IMG/VR virus record: IMGVR_UViG_3300030329_006380
Location: 32,001-96,000 of that record
Length of the DNA stretch: 64,000 bases
Direction: 5' to 3' (one strand)
Source: a virus
How positions within the stretch are numbered: the stretch's first letter is position 1; each line of letters begins with the position of its first letter. Made by a program: the position numbers and the translations under genes. A model generated the notes under the pieces. The model searched no databases and had not been told where the DNA came from. It saw only the letters and a program-made list of their open reading frames with translations. Of the stretch, positions 28,879 to 38,300 are shown in pieces.

Positions 28879-30832
28879 TCTTTTTGGACTCCATTTGCGC
28901 AATTAAATCAGCAATTTCTTTTTTAGACTCAAAAAGAAGATGCTCTTCTTCACTATCATAACTAGTTTCTTTTACTTCGTAAATTCCCTTTGCTAGGCTA
29001 AAGCCTTTAAAAATGTTACGATCTGTAGACTTTGCAGTCTCTGACGAATATTTTCCCCACATGCTTCTTTTGCGGGCGCCCATATCTCTTTTATCCGTGG
29101 CGACCGGTCGGTACCACTTTCCCTTCGCCCCTTTAGTTAAGTAACCCTTTCTTCTTTTTGGTATCTTATACCACTCATCATCTCTCTTTCCTGGTACGTC
29201 GCCTCCAGGCGTAGCTAAGAGGCCGCCGGCGGGTGAATCATCATCCTCAATCTCAATTTCTCCACCTTCGTCACCAGCAAGAAGGTCTTCAGCTTCCTCT
29301 TCTGCGCCCAACTCGTCCGGTTCAAACCCCTCTTCTTCTCCTCCAAGTATATCTCCCCCAACGCCTTGAGCAGCGAGGGCTGCTTCTCCAGCAGCTTCAG
29401 AAGTTGAATTAAGGATCGATTCAAACTTAGCATCGTGAAAAAGCTCACGCTGGATTCTAATAAAGACTTCCTCGGATAAATTAAAAATATGTTTTGCAAC
29501 CCATCGCTTGCTAAAATATCCTTCTGTGGCACTTGCAGCAACATCAAACTTAGTTCGCCAATGTTCTAGTTCTTGCATTTCAGAAATCTTCGAAGGATTA
29601 TTTAATGCTAATTTGAAGTCAACCAAGTCTTTCCCCTTAAACCCTAAGATATAGAGGTGAATTGTACCAACTTTTTCTAATTCAGCTACAATAGATCTCT
29701 GAAGTCTCTGAATTGTTCTAGCGAATCTAATATCTTTTTGAGCCAGTGTCTGTTTGTCTTCATCGGCCCCCTCACCCCGTGACAAATAAGATTGAGGAAC
29801 CTTGATTGCGGCGAAAAGCTTGTCTCTGAGGTATTTTACATCATCAATATCGCCAGTATACGTACCTCCAGGAACTGTTTCAATTCTCGAAGATTGTCCG
29901 CCACGGACGGGGATAAAATAATCCTCTTCTATACTCATAGGGTTATACCGAAGGTCAACACGGCCTGTATCGGGATCGACAACTTGATTCCTTTTCATCT
30001 GTGTCATAACTTTTTGCATATATTGTTCTACATCAGGTGCACTGATATTTCCAACATCAATATAAAAAACGCGGCGCTCAGGGGAGCGAACAATACGATA
30101 AGCCATCATCGCATCTTCTAAGAGATTAAGTTGGCGCCATATTCGGCGGGCCGGATCTAAAACAGAGGTGCCATATGGTGCAAATTTATCATTCCCCAGT
30201 ATGCGAAAATGCGCAACTTGCCAATTCTCAAAAGTCAACCCTCCGGAGTTCCATTGATACTGTACATAATTAGGATTGGTACTATCTTGTCCTTCCAGCC
30301 TCTCTATCTCTCCAGCGGGGAGACCAATAACGTGTTTAACACCCAGATCTTCATCAATATCCAAATATAAGAAAAAGTCCCCAAATTTACACATGGTGCG
30401 ACACCAACCAAATAAATTAAATTCTACATTTAATATATTACTATACAATGCTTCAAGAATCGACTTTATCTCTTGGTTAGGGCAATCAATCGTGAGAAGG
30501 GGCTGCAATCCGGAAGAAGTAGTCATCTCATCTGCATATATATCAAGTGCAGATGCTAGCTCCGGTGTGAACTCCATTTGCTGAAAATCGTTATACCTCA
30601 AGGTCCTTTCTTGGTTAACCATGAGGTTTGATTGTAGTTGTTCCAGAGGGTTATAGGCAGTCTTTTTGAACTGCTTTCCGGAGGCCGATTGAAATTTGTG
30701 TTTATCTAAAAACCTTCTTCTTAATTGACGCTCGGTTTGAGAGCGATAATTCACCAAAGGACCAGAAAACAAACGCGTCAGCCTCTTAAATAAGAGAGAG
30801 GATCTATTTTTGGGATTTCTAATTGTTGCCAT
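28859..30832 (-). CDS. Portal protein (T4 gp20-like)
   Basis: ALDIYADE, LLEDAMMAYRIVRSPERRVFYIDVGN, EEDYFIPVRG, DDVKYLRDKLFAAIKVP; follows the terminase. Confidence 0.95.
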   Translation of the reverse strand: MATIRNPKNRSSLLFKRLTRLFSGPLVNYRSQTERQLRRRFLDKHKFQSASGKQFKKTAYNPLEQLQSNLMVNQERTLRYNDFQQMEFTPELASALDIYADEMTTSSGLQPLLTIDCPNQEIKSILEALYSNILNVEFNLFGWCRTMCKFGDFFLYLDIDEDLGVKHVIGLPAGEIERLEGQDSTNPNYVQYQWNSGGLTFENWQVAHFRILGNDKFAPYGTSVLDPARRIWRQLNLLEDAMMAYRIVRSPERRVFYIDVGNISAPDVEQYMQKVMTQMKRNQVVDPDTGRVDLRYNPMSIEEDYFIPVRGGQSSRIETVPGGTYTGDIDDVKYLRDKLFAAIKVPQSYLSRGEGADEDKQTLAQKDIRFARTIQRLQRSIVAELEKVGTIHLYILGFKGKDLVDFKLALNNPSKISEMQELEHWRTKFDVAASATEGYFSKRWVAKHIFNLSEEVFIRIQRELFHDAKFESILNSTSEAAGEAALAAQGVGGDILGGEEEGFEPDELGAEEEAEDLLAGDEGGEIEIEDDDSPAGGLLATPGGDVPGKRDDEWYKIPKRRKGYLTKGAKGKWYRPVATDKRDMGARKRSMWGKYSSETAKSTDRNIFKGFSLAKGIYEVKETSYDSEEEHLLFESKKEIADLIAQMESKKNETEAQ

Positions 30833-30834
30833 GT

Positions 30835-32400
30835 TTAACCCTTATAGAGCCAAGCAAAATCTTTATATTGCTTAATTTGCTCTTTTTGTTGTTTATGTTT
30901 ATACTCCGGCATGCCATTAATCGATGTATTCAAAGTATTACCCACCGTCATTATCGAAGACAAGGCTGCTTTTGTGTATTCAACATCTCTTTTGTTCTCC
31001 ACCAGAGCGGTATCTCTGACCCAACAACCTATGGCACATGCCATAATTAAATCATCATTATAACTTCGTTGAGCTTGTGCCTTTCCATTGTTCCAAACAA
31101 AGGTTTTCATTTCATTAATAAGTCTGGAGGAATACATTATAAGTAGTTTATTTCGAATGAACTCCTCCATTTTCGCGATTATCAAGGGCTTTGTCTTTGA
31201 AGAGGTTGTAAACCCCGCAACAGCGCCGGTTCTATTTTCTGCTAAATATTCTTCTATGTACTCATGTGTTGATTTAATTGAGTGATAAACGTTTGGATAC
31301 TTCCTTTCCTTTAGTTTGTCTAAAACTGTATATCCCACAGTATTGTTTTCAACGACGATCATACAGTTTCCATATTCTCGGCCGGCATTTTCAAGAATCT
31401 CTGAAAAAACATCTGGGGCTATTTTCCCTTGGTATTCGGCAATTATCTCCATGGTCTCCAGCTTAAAAACATGAAAAACCGAATAGTCAGCACCGTCTCC
31501 ACGTGCAACATCTGCCGATATCATATAAGAAAAAGACGCGTCAAATTTTTCCCATATCCAATAGTTCCGATCATACCCTGTTTTATATAATGGCTCTCTT
31601 ATCCCCTTAAATATCCTAGTAATATCATCGGAATGAAAAACTGTTTCACCGGAAGCATTGAAGTTGCACTCCAATTCTTGGGCAATTTGCCGTTTGGACA
31701 TATTTCTGGTTTCATGAGCAAACCACTCTTCATCACGGTCTGGGTGTACATTCCAATGCAATTTTATTGGGTTAAAATCATTTTTACCTTGGTCTGAATC
31801 GATATATGTTCTGTGAAACCAATTCCCAACGCCATTTGGTGTCGAAAGGGCAATGCACCGGCCACCGGTTGAGAGTGTCGGGTAAAGGCCAGTCCATAGC
31901 TCTTCCAATCCATCAACATGAGCAGCCTCATCAATTATCAGTAAAGAAAGAGCCTCAGAACGGCCCGCATCTGCACTAGTTGATGATGCTTTTATTTGAG
32001 AGCCGTTACTTAAGATAAAAGAAGTTCTATTATTAGTTGATATCTTTGCAATTTGCATCCACGGAGGGAGACTTTTAATTATACCTTTAACTTTTTTAAC
32101 TAAATTTGCTGCTGTTCCAAATTTGGTCGCCATCACAAGAATATTTTTATCGCGGTGGAACATCATCATCCATGAAACATAGGCCGCGGCGATTGTTGAG
32201 ATCCCCAACTGTCTGGCCTTGAGAATGATATTATATCGATAATCATTAAAGTCTTTCAATAAGCCGTCTTGGTAGTCGTATGTTCGAAATGGGATCAGAC
32301 CCTTCATGGGGTGAGAAATTTTTGCATAATTATTTACAAAATAAATCGGGTCTTTGCCCGATTTAATAATTTCCTGCATAATTTCTTTTTTTGTTAACAT
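30835..32400 (-). CDS. terL: Terminase large subunit (T4 gp17-like)
   Basis: ILKARQLGIST, Walker B LLIIDEAAH, LSTPNG, nuclease ISADVARGDGADYS and DDLIMA. Confidence 0.96.
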   Translation of the reverse strand: MLTKKEIMQEIIKSGKDPIYFVNNYAKISHPMKGLIPFRTYDYQDGLLKDFNDYRYNIILKARQLGISTIAAAYVSWMMMFHRDKNILVMATKFGTAANLVKKVKGIIKSLPPWMQIAKISTNNRTSFILSNGSQIKASSTSADAGRSEALSLLIIDEAAHVDGLEELWTGLYPTLSTGGRCIALSTPNGVGNWFHRTYIDSDQGKNDFNPIKLHWNVHPDRDEEWFAHETRNMSKRQIAQELECNFNASGETVFHSDDITRIFKGIREPLYKTGYDRNYWIWEKFDASFSYMISADVARGDGADYSVFHVFKLETMEIIAEYQGKIAPDVFSEILENAGREYGNCMIVVENNTVGYTVLDKLKERKYPNVYHSIKSTHEYIEEYLAENRTGAVAGFTTSSKTKPLIIAKMEEFIRNKLLIMYSSRLINEMKTFVWNNGKAQAQRSYNDDLIMACAIGCWVRDTALVENKRDVEYTKAALSSIMTVGNTLNTSINGMPEYKHKQQKEQIKQYKDFAWLYKG

Positions 32401-32401
32401 G

Positions 32402-32563
32402 TTACTCTTCTCGTGAAGGCTTAGCTAGTTCCTTGCTTATGAGATCCTGTAAAAGATCTGCGTCAACCTCTAACACATCCTTATTATTTAAATTTTCAAC
32501 AAATGTCTCAACCTCTTCTTTAATAAGTTGTTTAAGTCGTTTCTGAGAAATGTTCAATTTCAT
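32402..32563 (-). CDS. Unannotated 53-aa protein with an MK..K.hKQLIKEE N-terminus
   Basis: ATG at 32563 in an ATGA overlap with the upstream stop; MKLNISQKRLKQLIKEEVETFVENLNNKDVLEVDADLLQDLISKELAKPSREE; TAA two bases before the terL ATG. Confidence 0.75.
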   Translation of the reverse strand: MKLNISQKRLKQLIKEEVETFVENLNNKDVLEVDADLLQDLISKELAKPSREE

Positions 32564-33084
32564 TGTTTACCTCCTTTTCCCAAGCTAAGCCAGTTTTTAA
32601 CCGCGTCACTTAATCTATCTTCGCTGCCGGCAGCAACTGATTCAACTGCGGGTATTCCACCAATTTTATAAAACTTCTTAGCGGTAACCCATGCTCTAAC
32701 TCTAGAGATATATTCTGCTCGCGCTTGAACGTCACCCTCGGATGTCAAAGTTAAAGCATCTCCAGTAACGGCTTTATACTCTTTTTTGAGGAATTTAACA
32801 ATATCTTTCAATTTGGATTCTATTTCTCCCTCAAGATCCTTGAGGTTGTGAAGCTCCCTCAGCGTTAACTCACTATGATAATGCAAACAAAGCACGTTAC
32901 CGTAAAAAGAGACACCAAACCCATCCATAACCCTTTTGTCCACCAGTGGGTCGCCTTCTTCTCTACTTAATCCAATTTCCCTTGCCCTTCCATCGGATGC
33001 ATATGCCTCAACATGCGCACCATCAGGCTTTCCATTTGCCGCTGCTTGAGAGATTCCTCTAATTATCTCTAATGTAGTCGCCAT
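32560..33084 (-). CDS. Hypothetical protein (174 aa)
   Basis: Start refined to ATG at 33084 (TAATG overlap, SD GGAGGAG): MATTLEIIRGISQAAA. Confidence 0.8.
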   Translation of the reverse strand: MATTLEIIRGISQAAANGKPDGAHVEAYASDGRAREIGLSREEGDPLVDKRVMDGFGVSFYGNVLCLHYHSELTLRELHNLKDLEGEIESKLKDIVKFLKKEYKAVTGDALTLTSEGDVQARAEYISRVRAWVTAKKFYKIGGIPAVESVAAGSEDRLSDAVKNWLSLGKGGKQ

Positions 33085-33467
33085 TATTTGTCTCCTCCCG
33101 GTCGCCACCCAGCTTCCCAACGTTCTTCTCGGTCCTCGACCCATTGAATGTAGCATCCAAAGCAACACTCGTATTTATTCATATAGAGATCGTCTTTTAA
33201 ACTAAAAGAATAATTGCCACAAACCTGGCAAGACCTCTTCGATTCTTTATTAAGTAGTTTTTTTGAAATGAAAAAACCATTGTTATCAACCTTGTCCCTA
33301 GATTCTCGTCTTTTTCTCTCTTTTTTAGAAAGTTTCTTTAATTGCTCTAAATAATCTCGCTCTTTTTCTTCATTCCAGTTGGATTTCGGGTTCTGAACTG
33401 TTTCTTCGCCATATTTTTCTGCTATGGCTTTCTCAACTTTTATTACATACTCTGGATCGTCTCTCAT
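33084..33467 (-). CDS. Zinc-finger protein (CxxC...CCxxC), 127 aa
   Basis: Start refined to ATG at 33467 (ATGA overlap); CQVC and CCFGC motifs, basic coiled coil. Confidence 0.75.
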   Translation of the reverse strand: MRDDPEYVIKVEKAIAEKYGEETVQNPKSNWNEEKERDYLEQLKKLSKKERKRRESRDKVDNNGFFISKKLLNKESKRSCQVCGNYSFSLKDDLYMNKYECCFGCYIQWVEDREERWEAGWRPGGDK

Positions 33468-33964
33468 TGTAAACTCACATCTAAATTTTTGTTGATAATA
33501 CTCTTGCTTAAAACTTCGCTCGATGCCCAGACAACCAAAATAGTTAGAAGGATACCCCCTAATACACCACCGGAAAACCATAAAGCAGAATAATCCTCTT
33601 CAGGGACAGCTAACTCTCTAAGTTTCCTTATTTCTTCGTCTTTTATCTCAATTATTTCTTTATGTTTCATTATAGCAGAATCTAAAGACAATTGCAAGTT
33701 TTCTATTTGTAATTTATACTCTGCTTCTTTCTTTTTTATTGCAAATTCAAGTTTAAGCTCATATCTTTCCTTATCTAACTCCATACGAGCCATGATCTCT
33801 GACATTGCCCATGGGTTTAATAAGATCCCTTCGAACGGAGCTTCTTGGTTTTTTCTGAGATTTGTTATTTTTGAATTTGGATTTGAAGTTAGCTCCTGAG
33901 AGAGCGCAGCAATAGGGTTAAGTATGAAAACTAAACATAATATTGCTGCAATATATCTTCTCAT
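33464..33964 (-). CDS. Envelope protein: signal peptide, coiled coil and C-terminal TM helix (spanin-like)
   Basis: MRRYIAAILCLVFILNPIAALSQE signal; heptad region; LWFSGGVLGGILLTILVVWA TM. Confidence 0.55.
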   Translation of the reverse strand: MRRYIAAILCLVFILNPIAALSQELTSNPNSKITNLRKNQEAPFEGILLNPWAMSEIMARMELDKERYELKLEFAIKKKEAEYKLQIENLQLSLDSAIMKHKEIIEIKDEEIRKLRELAVPEEDYSALWFSGGVLGGILLTILVVWASSEVLSKSIINKNLDVSLQ

Positions 33965-34716
33965 TATGAATAAGTGTAATCGAGTTTCGGATCCTGACTA
34001 GTGCCGCTAAGCGGTGTGAGACTAAAGGTTGGGGCGCCGATACCGGTCGGAGCGGTTTCGCCATAATCCAATTTGCAAACCAGCATGAAAGCAACGTCTG
34101 CTTGTGACTGTGCTTGAGTGCTGACATATGATAGTAGATCACCGGTTATGGGAAAGCTTATATATGCTCCGCCAGTAACGGTTGCTTCATCACCGGAAAT
34201 AGAAGTGTTCCATCCAGCAGAATTATTATCATTTCTAAAATTTCCGACAGCCAAGTTGCTGCTTGTTATATCATTGTGTTTAAAGGCTTTCCACTTATTC
34301 ACATCCGTGTCCGGGTCGTTATCTATGGATGTACAGTAAACTTTAAGTGTTGCTGCGGAGACAGAACTGATGCCCGCTGCAAAAGCACCACCGTTAAACC
34401 TAAAATAGAAACGAGTAGTGCCGAAGTTTCCGCGTGAAACTTGAATATGGCCGGCCTCACTCCCTTCGTCATCAGCGGCTTGGCCCGACTCTGTGGCATC
34501 AATACAAGCTGCCCAAGAAGATTTCCCGGCAGACGGCAGTATTTTAAGAAAGCCGTCCAGTTCGCAGCCGGTGAGTGTTGCTTCAACAGAGGCGCTAGCT
34601 TCTTTTGAGCGCTTATATCTAAGAAACTTGCTACTTCTCTTTCCTATAGACACTGTTCCGCCAAAACTTGCCCTAGAATTACCAATACTCTGTCCTGTTT
34701 CAAAACCTGATGTCAT
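33964..34716 (-). CDS. Hypothetical beta-sandwich protein (DNRLRE/CBM96-like pattern)
   Basis: RFYFRF...ISSVSAATLKVY...PKLDYTY pattern; 250 aa. Confidence 0.45.
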   Translation of the reverse strand: MTSGFETGQSIGNSRASFGGTVSIGKRSSKFLRYKRSKEASASVEATLTGCELDGFLKILPSAGKSSWAACIDATESGQAADDEGSEAGHIQVSRGNFGTTRFYFRFNGGAFAAGISSVSAATLKVYCTSIDNDPDTDVNKWKAFKHNDITSSNLAVGNFRNDNNSAGWNTSISGDEATVTGGAYISFPITGDLLSYVSTQAQSQADVAFMLVCKLDYGETAPTGIGAPTFSLTPLSGTSQDPKLDYTYS

Positions 34717-35133
34717 TTATTCACTCTCCACAAATGTAAAACCAAAGTAATTAGCTATCTCCCGAGTATAAGCCTCAGGATCCTTCTCGTATTTTTTTGC
34801 TAATTCTTTGACAGTTTCTTTTTCTTTCTTTGTTAGTGTTTTCTCTTTTTTCTCATATTCTTTCTCTAATTGAGAAATGGTCTCTTGATATTTTTTTATA
34901 AGCTTATCGCGCTTTTCAAGCTCTTCAGAGTGTACTCGATTAACAGCTTCCAGTTCTTTTTTGTGACTTTCCTTTGTTACCTCCAGTACTTTGAAAACTT
35001 TATCTTCGCCAGATTTACCTTTCCATATCAGATAGACCAACCCAACAACCGCAAAGAGAGGCATATACCAATAATGTTTGATAAAAACCCAAACTTTCTT
35101 TAAAAACGTTTTAACGGCCAACCAAGTCAGCAT
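34717..35133 (-). CDS. N-terminal TM plus coiled-coil protein (i-spanin-like)
   Basis: Start refined to ATG at 35133; WYMPLFAVVGLVYLIW followed by a Lys/Glu coiled coil. Confidence 0.5.
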   Translation of the reverse strand: MLTWLAVKTFLKKVWVFIKHYWYMPLFAVVGLVYLIWKGKSGEDKVFKVLEVTKESHKKELEAVNRVHSEELEKRDKLIKKYQETISQLEKEYEKKEKTLTKKEKETVKELAKKYEKDPEAYTREIANYFGFTFVESE

Positions 35134-35323
35134 CGGTACTCCCCGCTTGTCGCCATGCAGTGGCCATATCAGCAAAACCTTGAATCCCAACGTAACCCAG
35201 TGCGATCGCAACCCACTGATCTGCTGTGATATATCCGGAAACCAAAAATCCAGTTGACACCAGCCAGACCAATAATTTTCTGCTTATAAGCTTTTCTAAA
35301 TATCTATCCAATAGTTTACTCAT
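35111..35323 (-). CDS. Small two-TM protein (holin-like)
   Basis: Start refined to ATG at 35323 (SD AGGAG); 70 aa, basic N-terminus and two hydrophobic helices. Confidence 0.5.
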   Translation of the reverse strand: MSKLLDRYLEKLISRKLLVWLVSTGFLVSGYITADQWVAIALGYVGIQGFADMATAWRQAGSTDADLVGR

Positions 35324-35339
35324 GGTTTTTCTCCTACAG

Positions 35340-35347
35340 TAATTAGT
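35340..35347 (-). promoter_or_regulatory. Putative late promoter motif ACTAATTA
   Basis: taattagt on +, 17 nt upstream of the holin-like start, at the SbcCD stop. Confidence 0.55.
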
Positions 35348-38300
35348 CATTTTACATGATTCACGTAAGCGTAATTATCTTTTTTATCAATAATAATCTG
35401 AGTATCGACACAATCCTTCAATCCTTCGAGGTGAGAAATCAATAAAACTGTCTTGAAATACATTTTAATTATATCCAAGATCCTCACGAATCCCTCAAGA
35501 TTTGCTTCATCTAAAGCAGTTCCAGGCTCATCGAGAATAAATATATTCGGCTTGGGAAGATTAGAAACAGATAGGAAGGATAAACGAATGGCCATAGCTG
35601 CAATGGTTTTCTCAGCCCCAGATCCCATTGATATCGGTCGAGGCTCTTGATCCTCGTGTTTAATAAAAATATTCAATTGCTTTTCATCTTCCTCGAAATA
35701 AACTTCAAAATTCGCTATATTTGCCAAAACTTTAGCAATTTCATTGTTGATTATTGGAAGCTTTTTCTTAATGATATCATAAGAAATTCCACAATTATGC
35801 ATACATCTTAAAAATAAATCATATATTGTGAATTGTTCATGAGCTTCTAGATATTCTTCTTTCTGAACCGTGACACTTTCATACTTCTGTTCCAGTGAGC
35901 CATGTATTTTATAAAGCTCCAGCTTCTCTTCATTGCATTTTCTCAACTCAGAAGATAAAGAGTGTATGCTGTTTTCGATGGTATCTAATTCTCCAACCAA
36001 AGATTCGAGATTTTCAATAGCTTCCTTATTCTCCTCATACTCCTGAATCTTATCTTCATTCTTTTTTATTTCATGCTGTGTGGTCTCAAGAACAGCTTCG
36101 TTCTTATCGATTTTTAAATTAATCTGAATTGCTTCTTTTTCTATATTTGATTTCCTTTCAAGCACCTGTTGATATTTTTGAAGATGTTGATCATTTTTAT
36201 CTGGCTCCATATCTTTAATAGCTTGCTCAAGTCCCTCTGCTTGACCTTTGATATCTGCTAAATTATCTTCAATAGAACGCATGCTATCTTTGGCTTCAAA
36301 TGCGTCCTTTATAAAGCGACATGAAGAGTATTCATCACCACATGGCACCTGATTCAATAATTTAATTTTCTGGCTCTTTCTCTTGATTTCTTGATCAACT
36401 GACTGGATATTTCTTAAAATATTATCTAACTCTTGTTTTTTCTCAATAATCAATCCCTGTTTCTCTTTTATCTCTTCATACTTGAATGTTTCGAGAAAGT
36501 GGCCGATTTTTTCTAGAAGTCCCAGATTAGACTTAACATCTTGTCTTAATTGCTCATTTTTGGCCTTTAGAGAAGCAAATTTAGATGTATTATCGCTCAG
36601 AGCCTTTCGAACGGCTACAACATCGATTATCTCACTCGGAAGAGATTTTATCAATAAATTTATCCTCTGTCGCTCCTCCTTGAGAATATCAATTTTTGAG
36701 TCAATCTTTAAGCATTGTTGCTTCCTGTCTTCTATTTTTTCAAGACTAAAGTCTATTTTTTCTTGAATTTCTTTTAATTCCTCTGAAAAATCTCTATCCT
36801 GCAATCGTTTAATATTTGCTTTCAATAATGCCGAGTCTTCTTTTGCTAATTTAAATTTCTTATCAAATATCTCCAAATCTAAAAACTTTGCCAATATCTC
36901 CTTTCTCTTGGTGGACCCCTCATTTATAAAATTTAAAGCGCCCATTTGACTAGTCATCGAAGTAAACAAAAAATCCTGTAATGATCCAAAATACTTTCTT
37001 ATATTTTTATCAGTGTCGTTTCTTGTCAAGCCATTTAAATCAACGGTTTCTTCTGTTACCGTGTTCTCAACCGAAAAGTTTAAATCTGTTTTCGCTTCGA
37101 GAGTTTCCTTGCCCTTTAATTTCTTAACATATTTTTCTGAGTTTCTCTTGACCCTGAAAATATTATTCCCAACGGCAATCTCTACTTCTCCAATTCCATA
37201 ATCTTTCTTCTCGTTGATAATATTAAGATTTTTTCTTTCATTCTTCGAGGTACTGTTGAAGAGTGTATAGAGAATAGTATCGATAATGCTGGATTTTCCA
37301 GAATAGTTTTTACCAAAAATTCCGACGACTCCGCTAAGATTTTCAAAATCGATAATGTTGTCTTCCCCAAAATTAAACAAATTACTCCATTTCAGTGCTT
37401 TAAGCTTCCAGTTAACATTTCTCCCAATCTCTTCATTCTCTTCAATTAGTGTATTGTATTTTTTATTTAAATCATAGATCTTTTCTAATTTCTCATCACT
37501 GAGTTCGTAATCCTTGAGATAATCGGCAATCAAGTCTTTTTGAACGGCGATATCGCGAAGATCTTCTTGTCCAATCGATATACTGTCATCGTCCAAGTCA
37601 ACAGAAGATCCCTCCGCTTTATTGAGAAAAGTGACAGATTCAGGCTTAAATTTGGTCTTTGAGATCTCGACGGCACGTCGAAGCTTATCCAAAGGCAGGT
37701 TGTTCCTCGAAACCAATCGTAGCTTCGCATTTTCTGGTAGTGTAGTATTCTTGGGGATCCTTCCCTTCGGGGTTAATTCAATTGTAATAAAAGGGCATGT
37801 ATTTTTTACTAATACATGCTTAACTGTAAAAGAATCTTTATTTTCAATATCCCAAATCAAAAAACCTTTGTCGTTGGTTTCCCCATGGTTCTGTTGAATC
37901 AGACTGCCAGCATATCGAATTTTACCTTTCGGATCCAATGCTTGATTTGTCTTGTGGATATCACCCAGCATTCCATAATCGAATTCATTAAAAATATTCA
38001 ATTCCTCTTCACCATGCTTCATGACCCAGCCAACATCGGTTTGACACCCACTTATTGATCCATGATAAAGGGCGATATTTATTTTATCTTTATTTGTCGG
38101 AGTTATCCAATTATCTTTATCGAAAATAGATAAACAATTGAAAACGACACCCTCTTGTATTTCAACCTCTTCACTGTTTTTGATCAGAACAATGTTGGGG
38201 TTGTCTAAAGCCTCAACAACCGGAGTAACTGCGTCTTGACGATGAGCAGTTCTCAGATTTCCATCGTGATTACCTAGTATTACATATGTTTTTGCTATAT

